64,000 nucleotides of DNA, from the IMG/VR virus record IMGVR_UViG_3300027816_000069, positions 58,351-122,350 of that record; one strand, 5' to 3'. The notes under the pieces are model-generated. The model was given only the letters and a program-made list of their open reading frames with translations. It searched no databases and had not been told where the DNA came from. The position numbers and the translations under genes were made by a program. This stretch comes from a virus. This document shows, in pieces, positions 25,716 to 34,607 of this stretch (its first letter is position 1; every line of letters begins with the position of its first letter).

Positions 25716-27062
25716 GTGAAAATATCCAGAAGATCACTTATTCAAAGTGGCCTATTAGGCTACTCATCATTATCTGCAACTGAGGTTATAGCAGAATCTA
25801 AAACTGATAATTCAGTCATACTGGTTTGGTTGCCGGGCGGGCTTTCTCAATTAGAAAGTTATGATCCTAAATCACAAGCCAAAAGCGATGTAAAGGGATT
25901 ATTTAATAGTATTCCTACTAATGTGGTTGGAACTCATATTAGTGAACTATTTCCTTTACAGGCACAAATAGCAGATAAATTTACTCTTATACGATCTATG
26001 ACCCACAGATTCACCGATCATGGTGGAGGGTCCAAAAGAGTAATGACAGGAAAAGAACCCAAAGTTCCTACAGGTACTATTAACGATACTCCATCTATAG
26101 CATCAGTAGTTTCAAAACATAACCATAATAATGGTTGTATTATTCCATCTAATATTTTATTAGCGGATGGTGGCACTAATTCTGTTGATGAATTTGCACT
26201 AGGGTCTGCATTTTTGGGATCGTCATATGATGCCTTTATTGTTGATGGCGACCCTTCTGCTAAAAATTTTAAAGTAAACAATATTACTATGTCAGATAGT
26301 CTTAAAGGCAGAATTGATGATAGATTACAATTGCTATCTCAAATAGATAAAATAGATAGACAATTAGATTATTCGCAATCTATGAGTGCTATGGATAATT
26401 TTCATAAAAAGGCTTATGATTTATTAACTTCTCATGAAGTTAAAGGAATTTTTGATGTAGTCTCTGAGCCGTTATCTGTTAGAGAGAGTTATGGATTAAA
26501 TGCTTGGGGTCAAAGATGTCTTATGGCAAGAAAACTAGCAGAAGCAGGCAGTAATTTCGTAACTGTAACATTAAGAAATCCGCCAGGATCACCACCAGAT
26601 CATTCGTATTATAATTGGGATTGTCATGCTGTTAATTGCGATATATTTATAGATATGAAATATAAAGCAAATTTTTATGATCAGGCTGTTAGTGGATTAA
26701 TTAATGATATCTATAATAGAGGATTAGATAAAAATATTTTAGTTGTAGTAATGGGAGAATTTGGACATACTCCTAAATTAGAATATAAAGAAGCAAGAGG
26801 TAAAATAAGAAATGGTAGAGATCATTGGTCTAAAGCATTTTCTATATTAGTATCTGGTGGTGGATTAAAAATGGGTCAGGTTATTGGCAAAACAGATGAC
26901 AATGCTGCATTTGTAATTGATCGTCCTGTGACTCCAGAGGACTTGTGGGCCACGATTTATAGGCACTTGGGTATTGATGCGTCTAAAGTTATTTATGACC
27001 TCAGTGGTCGGCCAATTCCTATTTTAGCAGATGGCAGACCCATAAAAGAACTGGTGATTTAA
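25716..27062 (+). CDS. DUF1501-domain protein
   Basis: Tat-like SRR; GG.SQ.E.YDPK, IRSM.H...H, WD.H, GEFG.TP and GRDHW motifs. Confidence 0.9.
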   Translation: MKISRRSLIQSGLLGYSSLSATEVIAESKTDNSVILVWLPGGLSQLESYDPKSQAKSDVKGLFNSIPTNVVGTHISELFPLQAQIADKFTLIRSMTHRFTDHGGGSKRVMTGKEPKVPTGTINDTPSIASVVSKHNHNNGCIIPSNILLADGGTNSVDEFALGSAFLGSSYDAFIVDGDPSAKNFKVNNITMSDSLKGRIDDRLQLLSQIDKIDRQLDYSQSMSAMDNFHKKAYDLLTSHEVKGIFDVVSEPLSVRESYGLNAWGQRCLMARKLAEAGSNFVTVTLRNPPGSPPDHSYYNWDCHAVNCDIFIDMKYKANFYDQAVSGLINDIYNRGLDKNILVVVMGEFGHTPKLEYKEARGKIRNGRDHWSKAFSILVSGGGLKMGQVIGKTDDNAAFVIDRPVTPEDLWATIYRHLGIDASKVIYDLSGRPIPILADGRPIKELVI

Positions 27063-27245
27063 ATGAATATGATACAATATCTGGCTCATGAATTAAATAA
27101 TAAGGTGTTTCATCTACAAAAACTGCTCAAAGAAACAGAACTTGCTCTGGATGAATCAAAAAAAGAAAATATGAAACTATTATCTCTTTTAGAAGCACGG
27201 AAAATTTCTCCCAATACGGAAACTGAAACAGCAGACTGTTGCTGA
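27063..27245 (+). CDS. small coiled-coil protein
   Basis: Heptad pattern. Confidence 0.55.
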   Translation: MNMIQYLAHELNNKVFHLQKLLKETELALDESKKENMKLLSLLEARKISPNTETETADCC

Positions 27246-27271
27246 AAAATAAAAAATCTCAAGTTGTGCTA

Positions 27272-27299
27272 TTGACAAGCCGATACTGTGAGATAGAAT
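27272..27299 (+). promoter_or_regulatory. sigma70-like promoter with GCCGATA box
   Basis: TTGACA-16 nt-TAGAAT, GCCGATA at 27279-27285. Confidence 0.72.
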
Positions 27300-27375
27300 G
27301 AGTTAGTCGCTGTGAGAGATTTGATCATGCGATCAACTCACAAAAGACAAATTTGGATATGTTTGGAGGTTGATT

Positions 27376-27654
27376 ATGGCTGAAGTTAATGTGCTTGAGA
27401 AGCAGAAGAGGATTCGTTGCTCTGACGAGGCTTTTCTTGAGGCGGTTTTTAGCAGTAAGACTTATGCTGAAGTTTCTGCTAAGACTGGGCAGAAGATTGC
27501 CACTACTATGGCTAGGTATGCCCGTGCTAAGGCGGCATTAAAGGCCAAGGGTGAGGATCTTCCTAAGATGGAAAGAGCAAAGCCTGTTAAGAGTGTGGAT
27601 AATATTGAGGCTATGGCGGATTTTGTCCGTCGCCTCAAGGCTCACAAGGCTTGA
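27376..27654 (+). CDS. small basic, possibly DNA-binding protein
   Basis: GGAGG RBS; TYAEVSAKTGQK HTH-like segment; own promoter and terminator. Confidence 0.7.
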   Translation: MAEVNVLEKQKRIRCSDEAFLEAVFSSKTYAEVSAKTGQKIATTMARYARAKAALKAKGEDLPKMERAKPVKSVDNIEAMADFVRRLKAHKA

Positions 27655-27662
27655 ACATAAAT

Positions 27663-27745
27663 AGCAGCCAACTACAATCGTCCAGAGATAAAGGAACAGC
27701 ATTTAATCAACCTCTTATCAACGGATATTGTAGTTGGTTGTTTTT
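27663..27745 (+). terminator. long imperfect hairpin plus U-tract
   Basis: GCAGCCAACTACAAT/ATTGTAGTTGGTTGT arms with inner GTCC/GGAT and GATAA/TTATC pairing, followed by a T run. Confidence 0.65.
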
Positions 27746-27775
27746 ATATCTTGTATTACTAAAAAGGAATAACTT

Positions 27776-27997
27776 ATGAAAAAGACAGAAAGTTTTTTTG
27801 AATTAAACGCCATAGGAACTAAGGTACGTTTAGAAGATGATGTGTTTGGTACTATAGTTGGGATACATATCTCTCAGAATAATGCTATAGCCTATGAAAT
27901 TGGATGGTGGAATGGACGATCTTACTCTAAGGATGCTTTCCTTCCTCATCAATTAGTTATAACTAGTGACGAAAAAATTCGTATAGGTTTTGCATGA
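27776..27997 (+). CDS. hypothetical protein (beta-barrel-like)
   Basis: IG.KV...G.I......YE..WW.G. Confidence 0.65.
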   Translation: MKKTESFFELNAIGTKVRLEDDVFGTIVGIHISQNNAIAYEIGWWNGRSYSKDAFLPHQLVITSDEKIRIGFA

Positions 27998-28296
27998 ATA
28001 AGAACGCTAATCCTTTGGATTATGTGCTTAAATGTTCTGAGCAAGGACTTGTGCCGTATGACTTTGATATATTAAACGCTAAAGACGAACTGAAAAAACT
28101 TCGGGATTGTCAAAAAGAACTATCTGAACTAAAACAAATTATGTCTAATACTGTAGCATGGGGTTTGGTGAATGATCGTAAAGATATTTATGATCTAAGA
28201 ACTCAACCTAATCCTTATTATGATCAAACTAAAGTAGTTTCATTATGTTGCGATCAAAACTCATTTAATAAGATTAACAATGGTAACATATCCTAA
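27994..28296 (+). CDS. hypothetical protein
   Basis: ATGA coupling. Confidence 0.65.
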   Translation: MNKNANPLDYVLKCSEQGLVPYDFDILNAKDELKKLRDCQKELSELKQIMSNTVAWGLVNDRKDIYDLRTQPNPYYDQTKVVSLCCDQNSFNKINNGNIS

Positions 28297-28630
28297 TAGA
28301 TTCTTTTATGGTTTTTCTGTGAATGATGGCAATCATAATTCACATTTTATTCACTATATTATAGAAACCGTACATGATATATCTGATTATAATGGAGATA
28401 CTATAATTGAAAGAGTATCTCGTATGGAAGATTATTATCTGAATACCGACAGAATAGATGAACCATATTATATTGTATATGGATCACTAAAACCAGAATT
28501 TAATGAATCTTCCAAATTTATAGCCTCTTTTGAAAATCTTAGTCAGGCTATCTGTTTGGTCGAACATTTAACTGGTAACAAAATAGTTGAATCTGATTTA
28601 CCTATTTATAGACAAAAGCATGAAAACTAA
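28280..28630 (+). CDS. hypothetical protein
   Basis: Packed ORF. Confidence 0.65.
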   Translation: MVTYPNRFFYGFSVNDGNHNSHFIHYIIETVHDISDYNGDTIIERVSRMEDYYLNTDRIDEPYYIVYGSLKPEFNESSKFIASFENLSQAICLVEHLTGNKIVESDLPIYRQKHEN

Positions 28631-29111
28631 ATATATAGTAGAAATACTTAGAAGCGAAGGTGCGAGCGCCCAATTTTATTCTATTAAAGGCTCAAAAACT
28701 TTAGGCTTTAAAGAATTCTGTTCAAAAAAGACCGCACTCTATGCTTATAAGGTTCAGAAAAAATTATCTAAACTAGGTTTAGCCCCTAAAGTTTATGTTA
28801 AAATTAAACGAGTTCCCATTCATAATCATAATGAGTCTACTAATTGGGGATTCGTTACTCAAAAGGCAAGAATTCTAGGGCATAAATATTCTAGAGAAAA
28901 AATACAAACTCTTGTTGATAAAATATTCGACAAAACAAATTTAAAGTTTTGGGACTGCCATTCTTGGAATATTGGCAGATTAAATAACAAGTATGTTTGC
29001 ATAGATACTGGTAGGGAAAGTTTTGATAGCAATTGTAACGCTTGGGGAAATGTTGACCCAGGTCCAAAATGTGACTATTGTTTAAAATATAAATGTAAAT
29101 GCGAGGAATAA
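28620..29111 (+). CDS. minimal protein-kinase-like protein
   Basis: EGASA glycine loop, FK, LAPKVY, DCHSWN catalytic loop, IDTG (DFG-like). Confidence 0.65.
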   Translation: MKTKYIVEILRSEGASAQFYSIKGSKTLGFKEFCSKKTALYAYKVQKKLSKLGLAPKVYVKIKRVPIHNHNESTNWGFVTQKARILGHKYSREKIQTLVDKIFDKTNLKFWDCHSWNIGRLNNKYVCIDTGRESFDSNCNAWGNVDPGPKCDYCLKYKCKCEE

Positions 29112-29114
29112 TAT

Positions 29115-29426
29115 ATGCCTTATGTAGATGAAGATGATAGAGAAGAATTAGATTTTTGTATTGACCAATTAACTAATTGTTTACGCGTTATGAAACACCC
29201 CCTGAATAATCCTCATGATTTTAGCATATATCTAGGTAGAATAAACTATTGTTTTTCTAGAATAATTAGCGGGTTGATGGGTAATCCATCTTATGCTAAG
29301 ATAGCAATGATTACTGGTGTATTAGAGAATATTAAACAAGAATTTTATCGTCGCGTAGCATCACCATATGAAGATAAAAAGATTTTGGAATATGGAGATA
29401 TAAAAGAATATAAAAAACTTAGTTAG
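29115..29426 (+). CDS. conserved phage hypothetical protein
   Basis: MPY....R, G..NY and K.EFYRR...PYED.K motifs. Confidence 0.75.
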   Translation: MPYVDEDDREELDFCIDQLTNCLRVMKHPLNNPHDFSIYLGRINYCFSRIISGLMGNPSYAKIAMITGVLENIKQEFYRRVASPYEDKKILEYGDIKEYKKLS

Positions 29427-29435
29427 GAGATTATT

Positions 29436-29786
29436 ATGTCTAGAGATTATGATGATATTATTAAAGAGATAACTAAAAGTAATAAAGAAATTCATAATAT
29501 GGATAAGAGTTTTTCTAAAGATATAGACTCTCTTCAAAAGAATATTAAGACGATAGAGACTAAGTTAGCCAAAATAGATGCTACTCTTGAAAAAGTATAC
29601 GATCTTTTAACTGCTATAACTGTTTTTATAGAAGAAGCAGAAGAAGATGAAGAGGTTGACGAAGATTCAGAAGATTGGACCCCTTATGATGAAAGAAATT
29701 TTTCATATGAGGACGATGAAGAAGAAAATACAGATAGTGATTATGGTCTAGAAAATGATTGGGAAGATCATAATGATGATAACTAA
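29436..29786 (+). CDS. coiled-coil protein with acidic tail
   Basis: AGGAG RBS; D/E-rich C-terminus. Confidence 0.7.
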   Translation: MSRDYDDIIKEITKSNKEIHNMDKSFSKDIDSLQKNIKTIETKLAKIDATLEKVYDLLTAITVFIEEAEEDEEVDEDSEDWTPYDERNFSYEDDEEENTDSDYGLENDWEDHNDDN

Positions 29787-30037
29787 TGGCTAGTTTAGCG
29801 TTAATAGTGGCATTTATATTTTTAGGAATGATATTCTGTGGCCCATTAGTGCTGCTGTTAAATAGAGTAAATATATTACCTAGAATAATTATTCAATTAT
29901 TATCTACTGTTTGTATAGTTTATGGATTTTGGTGGATAATCACTCTTGTTACCCCTATTCGCTGGCTAGGATTATTGCCCATATATTGTGGGTGGTTAGC
30001 CATAAAAACTAAAGAGAGGACACTTGACAGTCGATAG
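29786..30037 (+). CDS. membrane protein
   Basis: Three hydrophobic segments. Confidence 0.65.
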   Translation: MASLALIVAFIFLGMIFCGPLVLLLNRVNILPRIIIQLLSTVCIVYGFWWIITLVTPIRWLGLLPIYCGWLAIKTKERTLDSR

Positions 30038-30051
30038 CAGTATGGTACGAT
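30024..30051 (+). promoter_or_regulatory. sigma70-like promoter of rIIA with GTCGATA box
   Basis: TTGACA-16 nt-TACGAT, extended TG. Confidence 0.7.
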
Positions 30052-30094
30052 AGGAGCATCACAGGAACCTTGGTTAAACACTTGGAGACAAACG

Positions 30095-32761
30095 ATGAAG
30101 TTGGCAGACAGGACAGTTGAGACTCATAGCACTGGCATTAAGAGTGAGTCTGGTTTCACTATTGCACAAACCAGCAAAATGTTTAAAATCTTGTCAGACT
30201 CGCTGTATTCTGATAAGGTTATGGCCGTTATTCGTGAACTATCAACCAATGCTTATGATAGTCATATCGCTTCTGGCAATAAGAATCCATTCAAGGTGAT
30301 TCTGCCGAATGCTGCTAATCCTAACTTTGTAGTGCGTGATTATGGTACTGGTCTTAGTCAGGCCGATATGGAGAACCTGTATACAACATACGGGGCTAGT
30401 AACAAGAATACTAGTAACGATTTTGTTGGTTGTCTTGGTCTTGGTAGTAAGAGTCCTTTTGCTTATACCAAGAGTTTTACCACCAGTTCTTATTTTAACG
30501 GCCAAAAATATACTTATGTAGCCGCTATTGATGACTCTGGAGTGCCAACGCTGAATCTGTTTAATATCTCAGAAACAGATGAGCCTAATGGTCTAGAGAT
30601 TAGTTTTGCTGTAAAGCAATATGACTTTGCTGAATTTAGCAGTAAGTCTATGCGTATTTTTCACTATTTTAAGATGAAGCCAATTATTGAGGGTGGCGTA
30701 CTCAATAATCTAAAAGATCACAAGTACAGTAATCGTAGTATTGTTTTGAGTGGTGATGGATGGAGAGTTTGTCGTCTAAATAACGATGCTAATTATTATC
30801 CCAATGTTCATCATCATATTGATAGTGGTATTGTGGCACTTATGGGTAATATTGCATACCCTGTTAAGGCTAGTCAGATTATTGGTGAGGATAAGCAGAC
30901 CACTAATGATGCTATTCAGCGTTGGAATCGTGCTTTTCAAAAGGCCGATATCGACAGTTGGAAAAGTTTTGTTAATGAAATTATCAATCAGAACCTTTAT
31001 CTGGAACTTGACTTTAGTATTGGCGAATTGGAAATGGATGTTTCCAGAGAAGGCTTACAGTATACTAAAGACGTAATTAAGACCTTGCGTGAAAAGACTC
31101 AAGAGATTTATCTTGAGATGAAGGAAGAATTTAGCAAGAAAATTTCTGCCGCTAAAACTAAGGTAGAAGCAATTACACTATATTATACCCTTAATGATCT
31201 TGCTGGAGGATGGGGTGTTGGTGCTGAGTGGACCGATAGTAATGGTAAGAAGCATAATATTAATTCTGGAACAGATCTAGAATATAAGATTGCTGCCGGA
31301 AAGAGTATGTACGTTTTTAACTATCGTACTGCTGGCTATCGTTCTCGCCGCATGGTTTATCAGACAAATAGTATTCATCACAATACTCTTACTGGTAAGG
31401 GAGAATACTATTGGAATAGCCAGAAAAAGACAGGCGAACTATCCTTCTTTGTTTGCGACATTAAAACAGAAGAAACAGCAAAGAAGATTGTTACTAGATA
31501 TTGCAACGAGAAGAATTGCTTTGCATATCTAATGATTGATACCAAAGATCATACTAAAGTTGGTGAAGGTTTTGATGATCTTATTACTGATGTTGGTTCT
31601 CATAATATCAAGAAGGTTTCAGATTACAAAGACCTTATTAAGAATAATGGTCCTCGTAAGTCTAGCAATAGAGGTTCTACTGGCGTTATTAGTGATCAAG
31701 ATGTATTCTTTATTTATGGTCAATCTAAGAATAGTGGAACAATTTCTTCTGTTTATAACGATGCGACATATCTGCGTACTCTCACAGAATCTGAACTAGA
31801 AGATTTTGAAGATAGTACGGATATTGTTTATGTGCCCATTACGCGATATAGTAGCGATAGTGGCTATCCATCATTAATGGGCTTAAACAAGATTATCTCT
31901 GATAGTTCTTTGTCTACTATGGTCAAAGAATTGTTTGGATCAGTCAAAATATATGCTATTAAGAGTAACTTTGTTAAGAAGTTGCAGAACAGTGGATATA
32001 ATATGATTGATTTTAATAAGTTTTTCAAGACTCAACTAAAGAAATTGGCAAGCGGCACATTTGGTCAAATGGCCGAATACAATAGTCTGGTTCAGTTTTG
32101 CAAAAACGAAGATGCTAAGATGAGCAAAGACAGTGGATATGGATATGGGTCTATGGAGAAACAGTTTGTGTTCCATATGCTAAATATTTTTGGTCTAGAT
32201 TATAGTAAGCATCTAAATAACAAAGATTTGACCGATGCTATAGATCATTGTCTGGTCATAGAGTTTTTTGCTGATACTGTTCATCGTTCTAATTTTGATA
32301 TTGCTCGATTTACTCAGAAAGAGTATTTTGATCATATTACCAAACTACTAAATAAGATCGGTATCACCAGTATTGATAGTAAAAAGATCAAAGATAGTAA
32401 TATTGCATACAATACTCTGAGTCGTGCAATTGAACACACTATGTACAATTCGCTAGATCATGATGTTGTTTCTGAATGTCTGGAAATTATTAAGCCAGAT
32501 ATGACCAAGAAGCATACTCTGCCAAAGATTAGTGATATTAAAAATCTAATCAAGATCGGGCTTGACAACAACCCGATACTGAAGTATATTGTTGGTAGTC
32601 ACAGCGTTAGTGGTAATCTTAGGGATTTGCAATTGTCTAACGATCCTGTTTCTCAACTGCAAGAACGAAATTACTATTATAGAAATAGCAACAAGCCTTG
32701 GCTGGCAACTCTAAGTGATGTGGATTCTCTTAGAAAGCAAATTGGTAGTTTGGTTAAGTAA
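30095..32761 (+). CDS. rIIA: rIIA-like protein (GHKL ATPase N-terminus)
   Basis: LYSDK..AVIREL.TNA.D, RDYG.G, G.LGLGSKSPFAY and SRE.LQY; adjacent to rIIB. Confidence 0.88.
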   Translation: MKLADRTVETHSTGIKSESGFTIAQTSKMFKILSDSLYSDKVMAVIRELSTNAYDSHIASGNKNPFKVILPNAANPNFVVRDYGTGLSQADMENLYTTYGASNKNTSNDFVGCLGLGSKSPFAYTKSFTTSSYFNGQKYTYVAAIDDSGVPTLNLFNISETDEPNGLEISFAVKQYDFAEFSSKSMRIFHYFKMKPIIEGGVLNNLKDHKYSNRSIVLSGDGWRVCRLNNDANYYPNVHHHIDSGIVALMGNIAYPVKASQIIGEDKQTTNDAIQRWNRAFQKADIDSWKSFVNEIINQNLYLELDFSIGELEMDVSREGLQYTKDVIKTLREKTQEIYLEMKEEFSKKISAAKTKVEAITLYYTLNDLAGGWGVGAEWTDSNGKKHNINSGTDLEYKIAAGKSMYVFNYRTAGYRSRRMVYQTNSIHHNTLTGKGEYYWNSQKKTGELSFFVCDIKTEETAKKIVTRYCNEKNCFAYLMIDTKDHTKVGEGFDDLITDVGSHNIKKVSDYKDLIKNNGPRKSSNRGSTGVISDQDVFFIYGQSKNSGTISSVYNDATYLRTLTESELEDFEDSTDIVYVPITRYSSDSGYPSLMGLNKIISDSSLSTMVKELFGSVKIYAIKSNFVKKLQNSGYNMIDFNKFFKTQLKKLASGTFGQMAEYNSLVQFCKNEDAKMSKDSGYGYGSMEKQFVFHMLNIFGLDYSKHLNNKDLTDAIDHCLVIEFFADTVHRSNFDIARFTQKEYFDHITKLLNKIGITSIDSKKIKDSNIAYNTLSRAIEHTMYNSLDHDVVSECLEIIKPDMTKKHTLPKISDIKNLIKIGLDNNPILKYIVGSHSVSGNLRDLQLSNDPVSQLQERNYYYRNSNKPWLATLSDVDSLRKQIGSLVK
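32562..32590 (+). promoter_or_regulatory. promoter inside rIIA upstream of rIIB
   Basis: TTGACA-17 nt-TATATT with CCCGATA box. Confidence 0.55.
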
Positions 32762-32786
32762 TCACAGGAAACTAAGGAGATTTATA

Positions 32787-33659
32787 ATGAGTGTTCCATT
32801 TATGTTTGTTGACGGTAATTTGACTCTTGTTCTTAACAATAAGAGTTATCAGGTGTTGCCAGATCATCTAAACTATAAGATGATTCTGGAAGTTCTACCT
32901 ACTGCTAGTGCAGATGAACTGCTAGAGATGGTGGATATTCAAAAGGCCGTGACAGTTTATAGTCAGGGTCTTGTGGAGATCAAGGAAGGTCGTGTTCTTT
33001 ATGATAACGAAGAAGTACATGGTAGTATCAGTAAGCGTATTCTTGAGTTTATGAGCAAGGGTCTGCCATTTCAGCCTCTTGTTAATTTCTTGAATAACTT
33101 GATGGATAATCCTAGTATGCAGAGTCAGCAGGAACTATATGATTTCCTAGAGCATGAGCATCTGCCAATTACTGAAGATGGTCATTTTCTAGCATATAAG
33201 GCTGTTCGGTCAGATTATATGGACAAGTATGCTGGCAAGTTTCGTAACAAGGTTGGCGATATTTGTAAGATGACTCGTTCAAAGGTTGATGATAATCGTA
33301 GTGTGGGATGTTCTCAGGGACTTCATGCTGGGGCATTGAATTATGTTGCGTCTTATGGTAATGTAGATGCTGGTGATAAGATCGTGATTGTTAAGATCAA
33401 TCCTAAAGATGTAGTGAGTGTTCCTAGTGATTGTAATCATGAGAAACTTCGCACCTGCCAATATGAAGTTGTTGGAGAGTATCAGGGCGAATTGCTCAAG
33501 CCTCTTTACTCTGCTAATTTTAATGAAGATGATTATAATGATGATGAAGACGAGTATGATAATGACTATGATTGGGGATGGAATGACGATGAAGAAGATA
33601 TAGATGATGATTTTTATGCTGAACAAGAGGATGAAGAGGACTACGACGATCAATATTGA
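32787..33659 (+). CDS. rIIB: rIIB-like protein
   Basis: NPS....ELY.FL, IT.DG.FLAYK, CS.GLH, VK..P.DVVSVP.D and R.C.Y.V; acidic tail. Confidence 0.88.
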   Translation: MSVPFMFVDGNLTLVLNNKSYQVLPDHLNYKMILEVLPTASADELLEMVDIQKAVTVYSQGLVEIKEGRVLYDNEEVHGSISKRILEFMSKGLPFQPLVNFLNNLMDNPSMQSQQELYDFLEHEHLPITEDGHFLAYKAVRSDYMDKYAGKFRNKVGDICKMTRSKVDDNRSVGCSQGLHAGALNYVASYGNVDAGDKIVIVKINPKDVVSVPSDCNHEKLRTCQYEVVGEYQGELLKPLYSANFNEDDYNDDEDEYDNDYDWGWNDDEEDIDDDFYAEQEDEEDYDDQY

Positions 33660-33670
33660 TCGTTGGAGGA

Positions 33671-33726
33671 AGATGGTCCGCTGGGCGGATACTAGTTAAA
33701 GAGCGGTTCGATTCCGTTACCATCTT
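33671..33726 (+). ncRNA. tRNA-like element lacking an anticodon arm
   Basis: Acceptor AGATGGT/ACCATCT; T-arm AGCGG-TTCGATT-CCGTT; CCGC-TGG-GCGG hairpin; no anticodon stem, no CCA. Confidence 0.55.
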
Positions 33727-33743
33727 TTAAGGACTTATATACA

Positions 33744-34178
33744 ATGCACGAAGATTATGATGATCATGACTATGATGATGAGGACTACTATGATTATGAT
33801 GATAATGACCAGTATGATCCTTACAAGTTTTATTTCAAGTTTGATGTGGGTGCAGACTCACCAATATCAGATATGATTAATAAATGGTTTAATCTTAGTC
33901 AAGACTCTTTCAATGGATTACACTGGTATAGTTTTCCAACAAATATTGATGGTTGGCCTGTAATTAAGTTTCCTGTGAGTAGTTGGAATCCCAATACTGG
34001 CAAGGATAATTCCTTCCAGTATTTGGGGTCCAATTATCAAGGATCACCCATATGGAAAAAAAAGTATTTCGTATATAATCCTCTAAATATAGAGTATAAA
34101 TTACATTTACAGCAACACGCTACACATTTTATACAACAACCGACATATTACAAAGGAATGTTTGATATACTCAACTAA
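33744..34178 (+). CDS. hypothetical protein with acidic N-terminus
   Basis: AAGGA RBS; D/Y-rich start. Confidence 0.65.
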   Translation: MHEDYDDHDYDDEDYYDYDDNDQYDPYKFYFKFDVGADSPISDMINKWFNLSQDSFNGLHWYSFPTNIDGWPVIKFPVSSWNPNTGKDNSFQYLGSNYQGSPIWKKKYFVYNPLNIEYKLHLQQHATHFIQQPTYYKGMFDILN

Positions 34179-34187
34179 GGAAAAATT

Positions 34188-34607
34188 ATGAGCGAATGGT
34201 TTGTAGTTAAAGACAAAGATCATTTAATAGAATCAACCAGAATATTAGTATTTAATAGTTTTGGTAATACAGAATCTAATGTTAAACTAAGTATTAATTC
34301 ACAAGACCAAGAAGAATTAGATACTATATTATCTTTCAATGAAACTGAAAATATTATGATGCCACATTTGCGTAAGCAAAGAAATAAACGCACCAACGCA
34401 GAAAGATATCTATTAGAAGATAAGCAATATCAAGAAATCATTCAATTACTTGGATCTCGTATGGTTAGTAATATTCTACATGGTCTAGTAAAGAAGGGAC
34501 TAGTAGAATCAGCATTTGATACTGAATGTAATGATTTTATTTTTTGGGTGCCAGACTTGGAAAAGGGCTTAGAGTCAAATGAAGAAAACAAACCAGAAAC
34601 CGATTGA
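34188..34607 (+). CDS. hypothetical protein (paralog of 21799..22182)
   Basis: L..LVKKGLVESAFD...NDFIFW. Confidence 0.7.
   Translation: MSEWFVVKDKDHLIESTRILVFNSFGNTESNVKLSINSQDQEELDTILSFNETENIMMPHLRKQRNKRTNAERYLLEDKQYQEIIQLLGSRMVSNILHGLVKKGLVESAFDTECNDFIFWVPDLEKGLESNEENKPETD

Noticed and set aside
33671-33726. Canonical tRNA gene
   Set aside because: It is too short and has no anticodon stem-loop; kept only as a tRNA-like element.
33520-33830. GAT/GAC-rich low-complexity tracts
   Set aside because: Explained by the acidic tails of rIIB and the next ORF; not a separate repeat element.
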